Shown here piece by piece: positions 1-9,225 of a DNA stretch of 64,000 nt. The translations under genes were made by a program, and so were the position numbers. The notes under the pieces are model-generated. The model did not search any database and had not been told where the DNA came from. It saw only the letters and a program-made list of their open reading frames with translations. The first letter of the stretch is position 1. Each line of letters begins with the position of its first letter. Source of the stretch: Nannocystis bainbridge (GTDB lineage: Bacteria; Myxococcota_A; Polyangia; Nannocystales; Nannocystaceae); assembly GCF_028368995.1 (NCBI RefSeq), contig NZ_JAQNDL010000001.1, positions 2,144,001-2,208,000 of the forward strand. The letters are read 5' to 3'.

Positions 1-963
1 CGAGCGCACGCCCTCGATCTTGGCCGCCTTCCACTCGTGCTCGTAGCCGCTCATGGCCGCCTCGTCGCCGCGGTAGAGCATCGTCACCTCGGACACCCCG
101 AGGCCGACCAGCTCGCGCACCGCGTCGACCGCCGTGTTGCCGCCGCCGACCACCACCGCCCGCTTCACCCCGCCGAGGTCGACGCGGCCGAGCTTGAACT
201 TCTCGATGAACGCGACCGCGCCGTCGATGCCCGCCAGCTGTTTGCCGGGGATGTCGAGCACGCGGTCGGCGCCGAGGCCGACGCCGATAAACAGCGCGTC
301 ATGGCGGGCCAGCAGCGCGTCCCAGCCGACGTCGCGGCCGATGTGGACGCCGGACTCGACCGCGATCCCGCCGATGCCGAGCACGTAAGCGACCTCGGCC
401 AGAGCGTCGTCGGCCCGGAGCTTGTAGGGCGCGACGCCGGTGGTGTTGAGCCCGCCGAGCCAGTGGCCGGCGTCGTAGATCGTGCAGGCGTGGCCGCGGC
501 GGCGCAGCTCGTGCGCGGCCGCCAGCGAGGCCGGTCCACCGCCGACGAGCCCGACCGAGCGGCCGCTGGCGGGCCCGGCGGTGAAGTAGCGCCAGTCCTC
601 GGCCAGCGCCGCGTCGGTGACGTAGCGCTGCAGGCGACCGATGGCGATCGGCGGCGCGTCCATCTCGTTGTACACGCAGCCGCCGACGCACAGCACCTCG
701 ACCGGGCACACGCGGGCGCAGCTCATGCCGAAGATGTTGGCGTCGAGGATGGTGCGCGCGGAGCCCTTGAGGTTGCCGGTGGAGATCTTGCGGATGAACT
801 CGGGGATATCGATGGCAGTCGGGCACTTCTGCACGCACGGGGCGTCGGCGCAGTAGAGGCAACGGTTGGCCTCGGCGAGCGCCTGCGCCGGACCGAGCGC
901 GGGCTTGTAGTCGCCGAAGCCAGCCTCGGAGCGGTCCTCTGGGAGGTTGAGCGGATCGACCAT
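1..963 (-). CDS. NAD(P)-dependent oxidoreductase, dihydropyrimidine dehydrogenase subunit A (PreT)/GltD family; 3' end runs off the window
   Basis: Absent from the ORF track because it is truncated. Manual translation from ATG at 963 gives MVDPLNLPEDRSE..EANRCLYCADAPCVQKCPTAIDIPEFIRKI..SCARVCPVEVLCVGGC..VGLVGGGPASLAAA: Fe-S cysteine clusters plus a Rossmann motif. Confidence 0.85.
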   Translation of the reverse strand, partial: MVDPLNLPEDRSEAGFGDYKPALGPAQALAEANRCLYCADAPCVQKCPTAIDIPEFIRKISTGNLKGSARTILDANIFGMSCARVCPVEVLCVGGCVYNEMDAPPIAIGRLQRYVTDAALAEDWRYFTAGPASGRSVGLVGGGPASLAAAHELRRRGHACTIYDAGHWLGGLNTTGVAPYKLRADDALAEVAYVLGIGGIAVESGVHIGRDVGWDALLARHDALFIGVGLGADRVLDIPGKQLAGIDGAVAFIEKFKLGRVDLGGVKRAVVVGGGNTAVDAVRELVGLGVSEVTMLYRGDEAAMSGYEHEWKAAKIEGVRS

Positions 964-1193
964 CGGCCCGCGATCATACACCCGCCCGCACGCCCGCGCG
1001 GCTTTTCTCGCGGCGGGCCCGGTCCGCGTCCAGCGAACGCCGCCGCCGCCGCGCGGGCCGAGCACCGGGCCCTGCGCAGGCGCCCGGGCGACCGGCGCCC
1101 GAAGGGCAGTTCGTGCGCGTCCTGGCAAGTCCTTTGCGGCCAGGCCGCCGCCCGGGGTATGCTCTCCACAAGCCCCAGGCCGCGCGGACGCCC

Positions 1194-1991
1194 ATGAACG
1201 ACACCGTCAAGATGTTCCTGATCTCGCTGATTACGGCCGTTCTGGTCCAGGTGCTGCTGGGGCCGCAGATCCAGCGGATGCAGCAGCAGCAGCACCAGTC
1301 GCCGGTGGCAGTGGCCCCGACGCCGGTGCAGCCGGCCCCGGCCCAGCTGGCGCCGCAAGTCGCGGCCCAGCCGACGGCGCCGGTCGAAACGGCGATCCCG
1401 GCGCCGGAGTTCGTCGGAACGACGATCAAGGACGCCCGCAAGATCGCGGTGTCGCAGAGCATCATCATCATCCAGGACGGCGACCGCGAGGCGCCGGACA
1501 AGTCGCCGGGCGAGATCCTCGAGCAGAACCCGTCCGCCGGGACCATGCTGACCAGCACCCGCGAGATCCGGGTCATCGTCGCCCGCGCCCGCGAGGCCAA
1601 GGTCCCGAACCTGGTCGGCAAGCCGATCGTCGAGGCCAAGTCCACGCTCGAAGGCCTCGGCGTCGAGTTCACCGAGGTGCCGAAGGACTCGAGCAAGACC
1701 CCGGGCACGGTGCTGGGCCAGAAGCCGGCCGCCGGGGTCAAGGTCCAGCCGGGCACCAGCGTCGAGCTGACGATCGCCGCGCTGCCGCTGATCGAGGTCC
1801 CCGCGGTCACCGGCAAGTACCTCAACAAGGCCAAGACGGTGCTCAAGGACTCGGGCCTCGACACCGGCGACGTGAAGCGCGTCGAGCACGAGGAGCACGG
1901 CGAGAACTACGTGCTCAAGCAGGACCCGCCGGCCGGCGCCAAGGTCCCGTTCGGCACGACGATCACCCTCACGGTGGTCGCGCCCAACTGA
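1194..1991 (+). CDS. Membrane-anchored protein with three PASTA domains
   Basis: N-terminal TM (MFLISLITAVLVQVLLG), Q/P linker, then three repeats of the VPNLVG..EA...L...G.V..Q.P.AG..V..G..V.L type. Confidence 0.85.
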   Translation: MNDTVKMFLISLITAVLVQVLLGPQIQRMQQQQHQSPVAVAPTPVQPAPAQLAPQVAAQPTAPVETAIPAPEFVGTTIKDARKIAVSQSIIIIQDGDREAPDKSPGEILEQNPSAGTMLTSTREIRVIVARAREAKVPNLVGKPIVEAKSTLEGLGVEFTEVPKDSSKTPGTVLGQKPAAGVKVQPGTSVELTIAALPLIEVPAVTGKYLNKAKTVLKDSGLDTGDVKRVEHEEHGENYVLKQDPPAGAKVPFGTTITLTVVAPN

Positions 1992-2276
1992 GTTTCTTCT
2001 AAAAGAGACGCCGACCTCCGACGAACCGCCGCCGCGCCTGCGCCGGCGGTTCGCTCGCGACCGGCGGCGGCTCTCCCTGCATCGGCGCGCCGGACCTACG
2101 CGCGCTCCGCCTCGCGCCGGCGCCGGACGAGGCGGGTGTGGCTGGCCCGCGTGCACCCGCCGCCTCACGGGCCATTCGCTGCAGTTCCCTCGCGTCGTCC
2201 CTCGCGCCGGTGCCGCCTGCGGCGAACGGTCGTCCGGCTCGCGCGGGCCGGCGTTTTGCGGTTTACTCCCTCGCGC

Positions 2277-2555
2277 ATGGGCCGGATCGCCGCTCTCGTC
2301 CTCACCCTGGCCGCCGCCTGCGCCGGCGAGCCGGAGGTTCGTACCACTCGCTTCGCCGTCGGCGGCATGGTCTGCCACTCGTGCGAGGAGGGCATCTGCG
2401 CGGCCGTGCGCAAGCTCGACGGCGTCGAGGCCTGCACGGCCGACCACGCCGCCGGCGCCGCCGAGGTCCGCCACGATCCGGCCCGCGCCCCGGCCGCCGC
2501 GATCGCCGAGACGATCACCAAGCTCGGCTACACCGCGACGCCGGCCGCTCCGTGA
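2277..2555 (+). CDS. Heavy-metal-associated (HMA) domain lipoprotein, copper-chaperone-like
   Basis: Lipobox-like LAAAC; GMVCHSC metal-binding motif. Confidence 0.8.
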   Translation: MGRIAALVLTLAAACAGEPEVRTTRFAVGGMVCHSCEEGICAAVRKLDGVEACTADHAAGAAEVRHDPARAPAAAIAETITKLGYTATPAAP

Positions 2556-2646
2556 CCTGTCCTCCGGGGCATGTCCTCCGGGACATGCCCTTCGGGACCT
2601 GCCCTTTCGCACCTGTCCTTACACACCTGGCCTTCACGACATGTCC
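2553..2646. repeat. 14-bp-phased array of the GGACATGTCC-like decamer, 7 units
   Basis: Units start at 2553, 2567, 2581, 2595, 2609, 2623 and 2637; the last unit contains the ATG of the next gene. Confidence 0.9.
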
Positions 2647-3432
2647 TTGCCCTCCGAACTGTGCTGCCCGACCTGCCGCGGACCGCTCGCCGTCGAGGGC
2701 GTCGGCGCTGCTTGCCGCGTGTGTGACCGGCGTTACTCCGGCGACCGCGGCTGGCTCGATTTCCTGCCCGACCTCGGCGCCGCGGGCGACGGCCTCGGCC
2801 CGCGGCTGATGCACAGCCGGGCGCTGGCCCGCGTGTACGAGCGGCTGTGGCGGCCGATGTTCTTCGGCGTGGCGAGCGGCGGCCTGCCTGACTACCGGGC
2901 CGAATTCGAGGCGGTGCTGGCGGCGCTGGCCTCGGCCGAGGGCGGCGCGGTCGTCGACCTCAGCTGCGGCCCCGGCTTCACCGGCCGCCGGCTGGCCGAG
3001 TCGGGCCGGTTCACGCGGGTGTTCGGGCTCGACTGGTCGCTGGCGATGCTGGCGCGCGCGGCCGCCGACAACCGCGGCCTGATGCGGCTCATCCGCAGCG
3101 ACGTCGCCAACCTGCCCTTCAAGACAGCCAGCCTCGCCGGCGCGCACGCGGGCGCCGCCTTCCACATGTGGCCCGACCCGGCCAGCGCGGTCGCCGAGGT
3201 CGCGCGGGTGGTCCGGCCGGGCGGGGCCTTCGTCGCCAGCACCTTCGCCCACACCCGCGGCCTGCGGCGCCGCCTCGAGGTCGCCGCCTCGGCTCTCGGC
3301 CGCTTCCACGTGTTCGAGGTCGATCAATTGCGCGGCATGCTCGGCGCCCACGGCCTCGTCGATTTCGAGTGCGAGCGCCGCGGCTCGCTGATCCTCTTCT
3401 GGGCCCGCCGGGCCGGGGCCGCCGCCGCGTGA
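2641..3432 (+). CDS. Class I SAM-dependent methyltransferase with N-terminal zinc ribbon
   Basis: CPTC..CRVC; VVDLSCGPG motif I; SDVANLPF. Confidence 0.85.
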   Translation: MSLPSELCCPTCRGPLAVEGVGAACRVCDRRYSGDRGWLDFLPDLGAAGDGLGPRLMHSRALARVYERLWRPMFFGVASGGLPDYRAEFEAVLAALASAEGGAVVDLSCGPGFTGRRLAESGRFTRVFGLDWSLAMLARAAADNRGLMRLIRSDVANLPFKTASLAGAHAGAAFHMWPDPASAVAEVARVVRPGGAFVASTFAHTRGLRRRLEVAASALGRFHVFEVDQLRGMLGAHGLVDFECERRGSLILFWARRAGAAAA

Positions 3433-4376
3433 GCCCGCCGGCTTTCGGGGCCGCTCGCGGGATCTCCGAGCACCCGATCCGCGCCGCCGACGGCTGGCGC
3501 CTCTCGGTCCTCGATCTCGAGCCCGCCGGACCGGCGTGGGGCGTCGTCGTCGCCGGCCACGCCATGATGGTCGACCGCCGCACCCTCCTCCGGCGGGGCC
3601 GCCCATGCCTGGCCCGCAGCCTGTGCGACGCCGGTCTGCGGGTGCTCGTGCCCGATCTGCGGGGCCACGGCGCCAGCGGCCCCGAGCCTGCGCGCGGCGG
3701 CGACTGGTCCTACGATCAATTGGTGGAGGACACCGCGGCCTACCTCGATCTGGCCCGCCGGCTCGCGCCCGACCTCCCGCTGGCCACCCTCGGCCACTCG
3801 CTGTTCGGCCACACCACCCTCGCCTGGTGCACCACCGCCGCCGCGCGCGGGATCGCCCCGGCCGCCCACGTCGCCCTGTGCGCCGACTTCTGGCTGCCCG
3901 GCACCGAGGATCGCCGGCTCGTGTGGGCGCTCAAGCGGCTGATCGTGCGCGTGAGCGCCGGCCTGTCGGGCGTGCTCGGCTCGGTGCCGGCGCGGCGCTT
4001 CGGGGTCGGCAGCGCCGACGAGGCCCACACCTACTTCGACGATTTCCGCCGCTGCATCGCCGAAGGCGGCTGGCGGGCCCGCGGCGGCCACGACTACCGG
4101 GCCGGCCTCGCGGGCGTCGATCTGCCGGTCCTGCTGGTCGTCAGCGACGCCGATCGCCTGGCCTCGCCGCGCACCGCGACCCGGCTGTGGTCGCCGTTGC
4201 CGCGGCTCACGACCTGGCGGCTCACGGCCGCCGGGGCCCACGACCACGGCGGCCGCGCCTCGCCCGAGCTGGCCGGCCTCGGCGCGCCGGGTCACATGGC
4301 CACCGTCACCGATCCCGCCAGCGAGCCGCTGTGGCGGGCGATCGCAACCTGGCTCAAGGGTCAGCTGGTCGCCTGA
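3429..4376 (+). CDS. Alpha/beta hydrolase
   Basis: GTG start overlaps the upstream stop; PDLRGHGAS, GHSLFG nucleophile elbow, C-terminal GH. Confidence 0.8.
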   Translation: MSPPAFGAARGISEHPIRAADGWRLSVLDLEPAGPAWGVVVAGHAMMVDRRTLLRRGRPCLARSLCDAGLRVLVPDLRGHGASGPEPARGGDWSYDQLVEDTAAYLDLARRLAPDLPLATLGHSLFGHTTLAWCTTAAARGIAPAAHVALCADFWLPGTEDRRLVWALKRLIVRVSAGLSGVLGSVPARRFGVGSADEAHTYFDDFRRCIAEGGWRARGGHDYRAGLAGVDLPVLLVVSDADRLASPRTATRLWSPLPRLTTWRLTAAGAHDHGGRASPELAGLGAPGHMATVTDPASEPLWRAIATWLKGQLVA

Positions 4377-4404
4377 GCCGGCGCGGCTGTGCTATCCCCG
4401 CCCG

Positions 4405-5499
4405 GTGCTCCCGCGCGACCGCGACGGACGGATCCTCCTGAAGGGCGTGCCCCGGCCGCAGCTGCTGGCGTGGGCCGGCGCGCGAGGCCTGCGCCCGGGC
4501 CAGGCCGACGCGCTGTGGGCCGCGCTCTACCGCAAGCTGCGGTCCGACTTCGCGGTCATGCCCGAGCTCGACCGGGCGGTGCGCGACGGCCTCGCCGCCG
4601 AGACGCGGCTCGACGTGCTCCGCCTCGAGGCCGTCAAGCAGGCCGCCGACGGCACCAGCAAGCTGGTCTTTCAGACAGACGACGGCGCGGCCATCGAGTC
4701 GGTGCTGATCCCGGGCCCCGAGCGGGCCACCCTGTGCGTGTCGAGCCAGATCGGCTGCGCGATGAACTGTCAGTTCTGCCTGACCGCGACCATGGGCCTC
4801 GCGCGCAACCTGTCCGCCGCCGAGATCGTCGACCAACTGGTGCTCGCCCGCCGCCACTTCCCCGACGTGTGGATCTCCAACGTCGTGTTCATGGGCATGG
4901 GCGAGCCGCTGCACAACCTCGACCAGGTGCTGCCGGCGATCGCGTGCATGGTCGACGACCAGGGGCTCGGCCTGTCGCAGCGGCGGGTCACCGTCTCGAC
5001 CTCGGGGCTGGTGCCGCAGATCCGCCGGCTCGTCGCCGAGAGCCCGGCGCAGCTGGCCGTCAGCGTCAACGCCACCACCGACGAGATCCGCGACGCCATC
5101 ATGCCGGTCAACCGCAAGTACCCGCTGGCGGACCTGTTCGCGGCCCTGCGCGAGCTGCCGCTGGCGCGGCGGGCCCGCGTCACCCTCGAGTACGTGCTGC
5201 TGGCCGGCGTCAACGACAGCCTGGAGGACGCCGAGCGGCTGGCCGAGTTGGTCCACGGCTTGCCGTGCAAGCTCAACCTGATCCCGTGGAATCCCCACCC
5301 CGGCAGCGAGTTTCGCCGGCCCGAGCCCGAGCGGGTGGCGGCCTTCAAGGCTCACCTGCAGGCGCGGCGGCTCAACACCTCGATCCGGACCACGCGGGGC
5401 GACGACACCATGGCTGCGTGTGGGCAGCTCGGCCGGGCCCCCGCGGAGGCCCCACGGCGGACCCGGCGCCCCCATGGGCTCCCCGTGATCGCATCCTGA
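4405..5499 (+). CDS. rlmN: 23S rRNA m2A2503 / tRNA m2A37 methyltransferase RlmN (radical SAM)
   Basis: CVSSQIGCAMNCQFC, FMGMGEPL, C-terminal AACGQL. Confidence 0.95.
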   Translation: MLPRDRDGRILLKGVPRPQLLAWAGARGLRPGQADALWAALYRKLRSDFAVMPELDRAVRDGLAAETRLDVLRLEAVKQAADGTSKLVFQTDDGAAIESVLIPGPERATLCVSSQIGCAMNCQFCLTATMGLARNLSAAEIVDQLVLARRHFPDVWISNVVFMGMGEPLHNLDQVLPAIACMVDDQGLGLSQRRVTVSTSGLVPQIRRLVAESPAQLAVSVNATTDEIRDAIMPVNRKYPLADLFAALRELPLARRARVTLEYVLLAGVNDSLEDAERLAELVHGLPCKLNLIPWNPHPGSEFRRPEPERVAAFKAHLQARRLNTSIRTTRGDDTMAACGQLGRAPAEAPRRTRRPHGLPVIAS

Positions 5500-5712
5500 T
5501 CTCTGCCCGCGCTGCGGCGTCGCCGCAGCTCCGCGGGTGGGGTCTGGTACCTTCAGAACACCGTCCCGAGCGGTGAAATCAGCCGCGCGAACGGATTTTC
5601 CTGGCGCTCTCGCGGCTTGCGGCGGGCCACGTCGGTTCCCACGGCCGCAGCTTGTGGGGTACCATGGCTGCAGGCGCGTGAGCGCCGCGTCCTCTCTCGA
5701 GACACGCCCAGG

Positions 5713-6852
5713 ATGTTCGACCCCTTCAAGAAGCTCAAGCTGGCGAGCGCCTTCCTCGGCGTCGCGGAAGACGCCGTACGGGTGGACGCCAACCTCGAGC
5801 TCGGCGACTTGTTCGGCCGCCTCGACATTCGCAGCCTCGGCCTCGACGTCGCCCGCCTCCTCGATCAGGACGGCGTCCGTCCGCTCTACGACAGTAAATA
5901 CTTGCCGCAGCCGGAGCCGCTCGATCGCCTGCACGCCTATGGCGACGGCACGCTCGGCCGCGAGGTCGCCCGCTACCTGCGGGCGCAAAAGCAGCAGCGG
6001 CTCCTGGGCCCGCCGTCGAACTTCGATTACCGCGACCCCGCCGCCTACCTCGCGCTGCGCGTCCGCATGACGCACCCGATCATCCACGTGCTGACCGAGT
6101 ACGACGCCACCCCGCTCGGCGAGCTCGCGGTCCAGTCGTATTACGTCGGTCAGCTCGGCAACCTGATGAGCGGCGTCATGATCAGCTCGGCGCTGCTGCA
6201 GATCACCCGCGACATGCCCGACAAGCTGGGCGACGCGCTGGCGATCCTCGCCGAGGCCTACCAGCGCGGCCAGACCGCCAAGCCGTTCCTCGGCATCGCC
6301 TGGGAGGAGCTGTGGTCGGCCCAGGTGCCGCAGCTGCGCGAGCTCGCCGACCTCGTGCCGCGCAGCTCCAACACCGCCATGCTCGACCTCGACGCTCTGG
6401 CCGAGCCCGAGCCGCCGCCGCCGCCGCGCGTCAACCTCAGCGGCTTCAGCGGCGGCGCAGCCGAGGTCACCCCGCTGCGCAACGCCGTCGCCGCGCCGGC
6501 CGAGAGCCGGGTCGAGCCGCGCGGTCGTCCGGTGTCACAATCGTCGCTGCTGGCCAGCTTCATGGCCCTGGCCGAGCAGGCGCAGGAGCAGGAGAAGCAG
6601 TCGCACGCCCAGCCGCCGCGCACGCCCGAACCCGAGCCGGACGAGGCCGAGGAGCCCGAGCTCGTCGACCCCTCGCCGCGCCACGTCGCCAAGCCGCCGC
6701 CCCCGCCGCTGCGCGTGCAGTCGCAGCCGCTGCCGCAGCCGCAGCCGCCCCGGCCGCCCTCGCGGCCCGTCACGCAGCCGGGCTTCTCGGTCGAGGAGTC
6801 CGACCCGAAGATCATGCCGGCCATGTCGCCGGACGATCCAGACTTCTTCTAG
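5713..6852 (+). CDS. Coq4-like domain protein with long Pro/Glu-rich disordered C-terminus
   Basis: GTLGREVARYL..YLALRVRMTHPIIHVLTEYDATPLGE resembles the Coq4 HDxxH-x11-E region. Confidence 0.6.
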   Translation: MFDPFKKLKLASAFLGVAEDAVRVDANLELGDLFGRLDIRSLGLDVARLLDQDGVRPLYDSKYLPQPEPLDRLHAYGDGTLGREVARYLRAQKQQRLLGPPSNFDYRDPAAYLALRVRMTHPIIHVLTEYDATPLGELAVQSYYVGQLGNLMSGVMISSALLQITRDMPDKLGDALAILAEAYQRGQTAKPFLGIAWEELWSAQVPQLRELADLVPRSSNTAMLDLDALAEPEPPPPPRVNLSGFSGGAAEVTPLRNAVAAPAESRVEPRGRPVSQSSLLASFMALAEQAQEQEKQSHAQPPRTPEPEPDEAEEPELVDPSPRHVAKPPPPPLRVQSQPLPQPQPPRPPSRPVTQPGFSVEESDPKIMPAMSPDDPDFF

Positions 6853-6858
6853 GACCCC

Positions 6859-7176
6859 ATGCCAGCTCGACTTTCGCCCGAAGCCCGCGCCGCCGCCCTC
6901 GCTGCTCTGCCCGGGTGGCGCGAGGTCGAGGGGCGCGACGCCATCACCCGCAACCTCCGCTTCGCCGACTTCGGCGCGGCGTTCGGGTTCATGGCCCAGG
7001 TCGCCCTCGTGGCCGAGAAGATGGACCACCACCCCGAGTGGTTCAACGTCTACAACAAGGTCGACATCACCCTCAGCACGCACGACGCCCACGGCCTGAC
7101 GCGCCTCGACGTCGAGCTCGCCCAGGCGATCGAGCGCATCGCCGGCGCGCTACCCCAGGCGTCGTCGAGCGGTTAG
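6859..7176 (+). CDS. phhB: Pterin-4-alpha-carbinolamine dehydratase
   Basis: [29 protein letters not shown] signature. Confidence 0.95.
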   Translation: MPARLSPEARAAALAALPGWREVEGRDAITRNLRFADFGAAFGFMAQVALVAEKMDHHPEWFNVYNKVDITLSTHDAHGLTRLDVELAQAIERIAGALPQASSSG

Positions 7177-7188
7177 GCTGGCGCCGTC

Positions 7189-7608
7189 ATGCGCCGCCTG
7201 CTCCTCGCCCTCGCGCCCGCCGTCGTGCTCGCCTGCAGCGGCGCGGGCGGCACCAGCACCCCGCCCGCCGCCAGGCCAGCGCCCTCGACCGAGCCGGCCG
7301 CCGCCGAGAGTGACAGCGCCAGCTTCGCCGCGCCCCCGGCCGCCGACGAGCCGCCGCGCAACGACCCGGCCCAGACCGACGTCTCGCCCGAGCTCACTGC
7401 GCGGATCAAAGAGAAGTTCGGCGAGCGCTGCCGCTACGAGCGGGCCTGCGGCGAGCTGCTCGGCGTCGACTGCGACTCCGCCGTCGACGGCCCCTACCAC
7501 TACGTCCGCCGCGACTCGCTCGAGCTCGTCAGCCGCTGCGGCGGCGCATGCATGGGCGGCGCCTGCACCGACTGCCCGCCCAAGGCATGGACCTGCCCGA
7601 CCTACTGA
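7189..7608 (+). CDS. Small Cys-rich lipoprotein
   Basis: VVLAC lipobox; Cys-rich C-terminus (CGGACMGGACTDCPP). Confidence 0.7.
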   Translation: MRRLLLALAPAVVLACSGAGGTSTPPAARPAPSTEPAAAESDSASFAAPPAADEPPRNDPAQTDVSPELTARIKEKFGERCRYERACGELLGVDCDSAVDGPYHYVRRDSLELVSRCGGACMGGACTDCPPKAWTCPTY

Positions 7609-7752
7609 CCCGGCGAGCCGCGCGGCCCCGCGTGGCTCGCCCATGGCGTGAACCCGCCCGACCTGCAGGCGGTCTCGCGGCCCCGCGAGCGGCGCGTCCA
7701 TCTTCCCACCCGCCCCGCGATTCTCGCAACGGGCGCCCGCCGCGACGCGTGG

Positions 7753-7860
7753 TCATCTGCCCCTTCGGACCTGCCCCTTCCGACATGCCCATCGGGACAT
7801 GCCCCTTCGGACCTGTCCCATCGGACCTTTTCTATCGGACATGTCCTCGCTGAACTGCCC
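7753..7860. repeat. 14-bp-phased array of the GGACATGTCC-like decamer, 8 units
   Basis: Units start at 7753, 7767, 7781, 7795, 7809, 7823, 7837 and 7851; the array ends 17 bp before the next ATG. Confidence 0.9.
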
Positions 7861-7877
7861 TCACGGAGACCTCGCCC

Positions 7878-8729
7878 ATGTTCGTCCTGCCCCTCGCCGA
7901 GCGCATGATCCGGCGGCGCCTCGTCTCCCTCGGGATCGCCAGCCGGTACCACGCCACGCCGCAGGGGCGGCTGCACTATTATGAGGCCCGCGGCGAGGCT
8001 GAAGCGCCGCCCGTCGTCATCCTCCACGGCTTCGGCGCCAGCGGCAGCAGCTACGGGCGGGTGCTCGCCCTGCTGCGGCGGCGGGTCGGCCAGATCTGGG
8101 TCCCCGAGGCGCCGGCGCACGGGTTCAGCACCAGCGCCAGCGGCCAGCTCACCGTCGACGACGCCTACGCCGCGATGGCGCATTTCCTCGACGCCCGGGT
8201 GCGCGAGCCGGCGATCCTGTTCGGCAACTCGCTCGGGGGCGCGTTCGCCATCCGTTACGCGCTCGAGCAGCCCGACAAGGTCCGCGGCCTGCTGCTGGCC
8301 TCGCCCGCCGGGGCTTTGCTCGACGCCCAGGACTTCGCCGCCCTGACCGGCAGCTTCCGCGTCCGCTCGCTCGGTCAGGCGCGCGATCTCCTCGACCGCC
8401 TCTATCACGAGCCGCCCTGGTACAACACGCTCCTGGCCCCAGACATCCTGCGCCGCTTCGCGCTCGGTCCGCTGCGCCACTGCCTCGAGTCGTTCCGGCC
8501 CGAGCACATGTTTACCGCCGAAGAGCTCGCCGCCCTGCGGCCGCCGACCCTGCTCCTCTGGGGTCGGTCGGAGCGGCTGCTCCCGAGCGCCTCGCTGGAG
8601 TTCTTTCGCCGGGCCGTGCCGGCCCACGTGCGCATCGAGGAGCCGGACGAGTTCGGCCATTGCCCCTATCTCGATCGGCCGCGCGCCGTGGCCGACCGGA
8701 TCGCCGCCTTCGTCGACGAGCTGAGGTGA
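7878..8729 (+). CDS. Alpha/beta hydrolase
   Basis: LHGFG, GNSLGG nucleophile elbow, GHCPY. Confidence 0.85.
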   Translation: MFVLPLAERMIRRRLVSLGIASRYHATPQGRLHYYEARGEAEAPPVVILHGFGASGSSYGRVLALLRRRVGQIWVPEAPAHGFSTSASGQLTVDDAYAAMAHFLDARVREPAILFGNSLGGAFAIRYALEQPDKVRGLLLASPAGALLDAQDFAALTGSFRVRSLGQARDLLDRLYHEPPWYNTLLAPDILRRFALGPLRHCLESFRPEHMFTAEELAALRPPTLLLWGRSERLLPSASLEFFRRAVPAHVRIEEPDEFGHCPYLDRPRAVADRIAAFVDELR

Positions 8730-8847
8730 ACAGCCCGCGACCTGCGCCTGCGGGGTGAGCCGCCGGTGCGGACCTGTCCGAGACTTCCGGTTTCGCCGCG
8801 CCGCAGGCGCCCTCCGGTTCTCCCGCAAGCGGTGCTAAGGTGGCGTC

Positions 8848-9225
8848 GTGGCCCATCCCGGCGTGGTCTTCCTCGACGATGACGAGGATTTGCGCGAGCT
8901 GTTCGTGGACGTCGTCGCCCTGTTCGCCGAGCGCGACTGCTTGACCGTCGGCAGCGTCGACGAGCTGGTCGAGCAGCGCAAGCGCGTGCTCGCGGCGGAG
9001 CTCATCATCCTCGACATCAACCTCGGGCCCGGCCTGCCGAGCGGGCTCGACGCCTACAAGTGGCTGCGCGAGCAGAACTACGGCGGCCGGGTCGTGTTCC
9101 TCACCGGTCATGCCGCCTCGCACCCGCTGGTCGCCGAGGCGCGGCGGCTCGCCGGCGTGCGGGTCTACGAGAAGCCGCTGCCGGTGCCGACCATCGCGCG
9201 GCTGCTCGAGCGGGAGCCGGATTGA
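8848..9225 (+). CDS. Single-domain response regulator (receiver)
   Basis: FLDDD, ILDINL (phospho-acceptor Asp), LTGH, EKP. Confidence 0.85.
   Translation: MAHPGVVFLDDDEDLRELFVDVVALFAERDCLTVGSVDELVEQRKRVLAAELIILDINLGPGLPSGLDAYKWLREQNYGGRVVFLTGHAASHPLVAEARRLAGVRVYEKPLPVPTIARLLEREPD

Noticed and set aside
37-1197. 386-aa plus-strand ORF
   Set aside because: Antisense shadow of the truncated minus-strand oxidoreductase.
2553-2646. 14-bp arrays as mini-CRISPRs or simple VNTRs
   Set aside because: Linkers are only 4 bp; units differ from their neighbours more than recent slippage would give; the motif also occurs as isolated pairs in genes.
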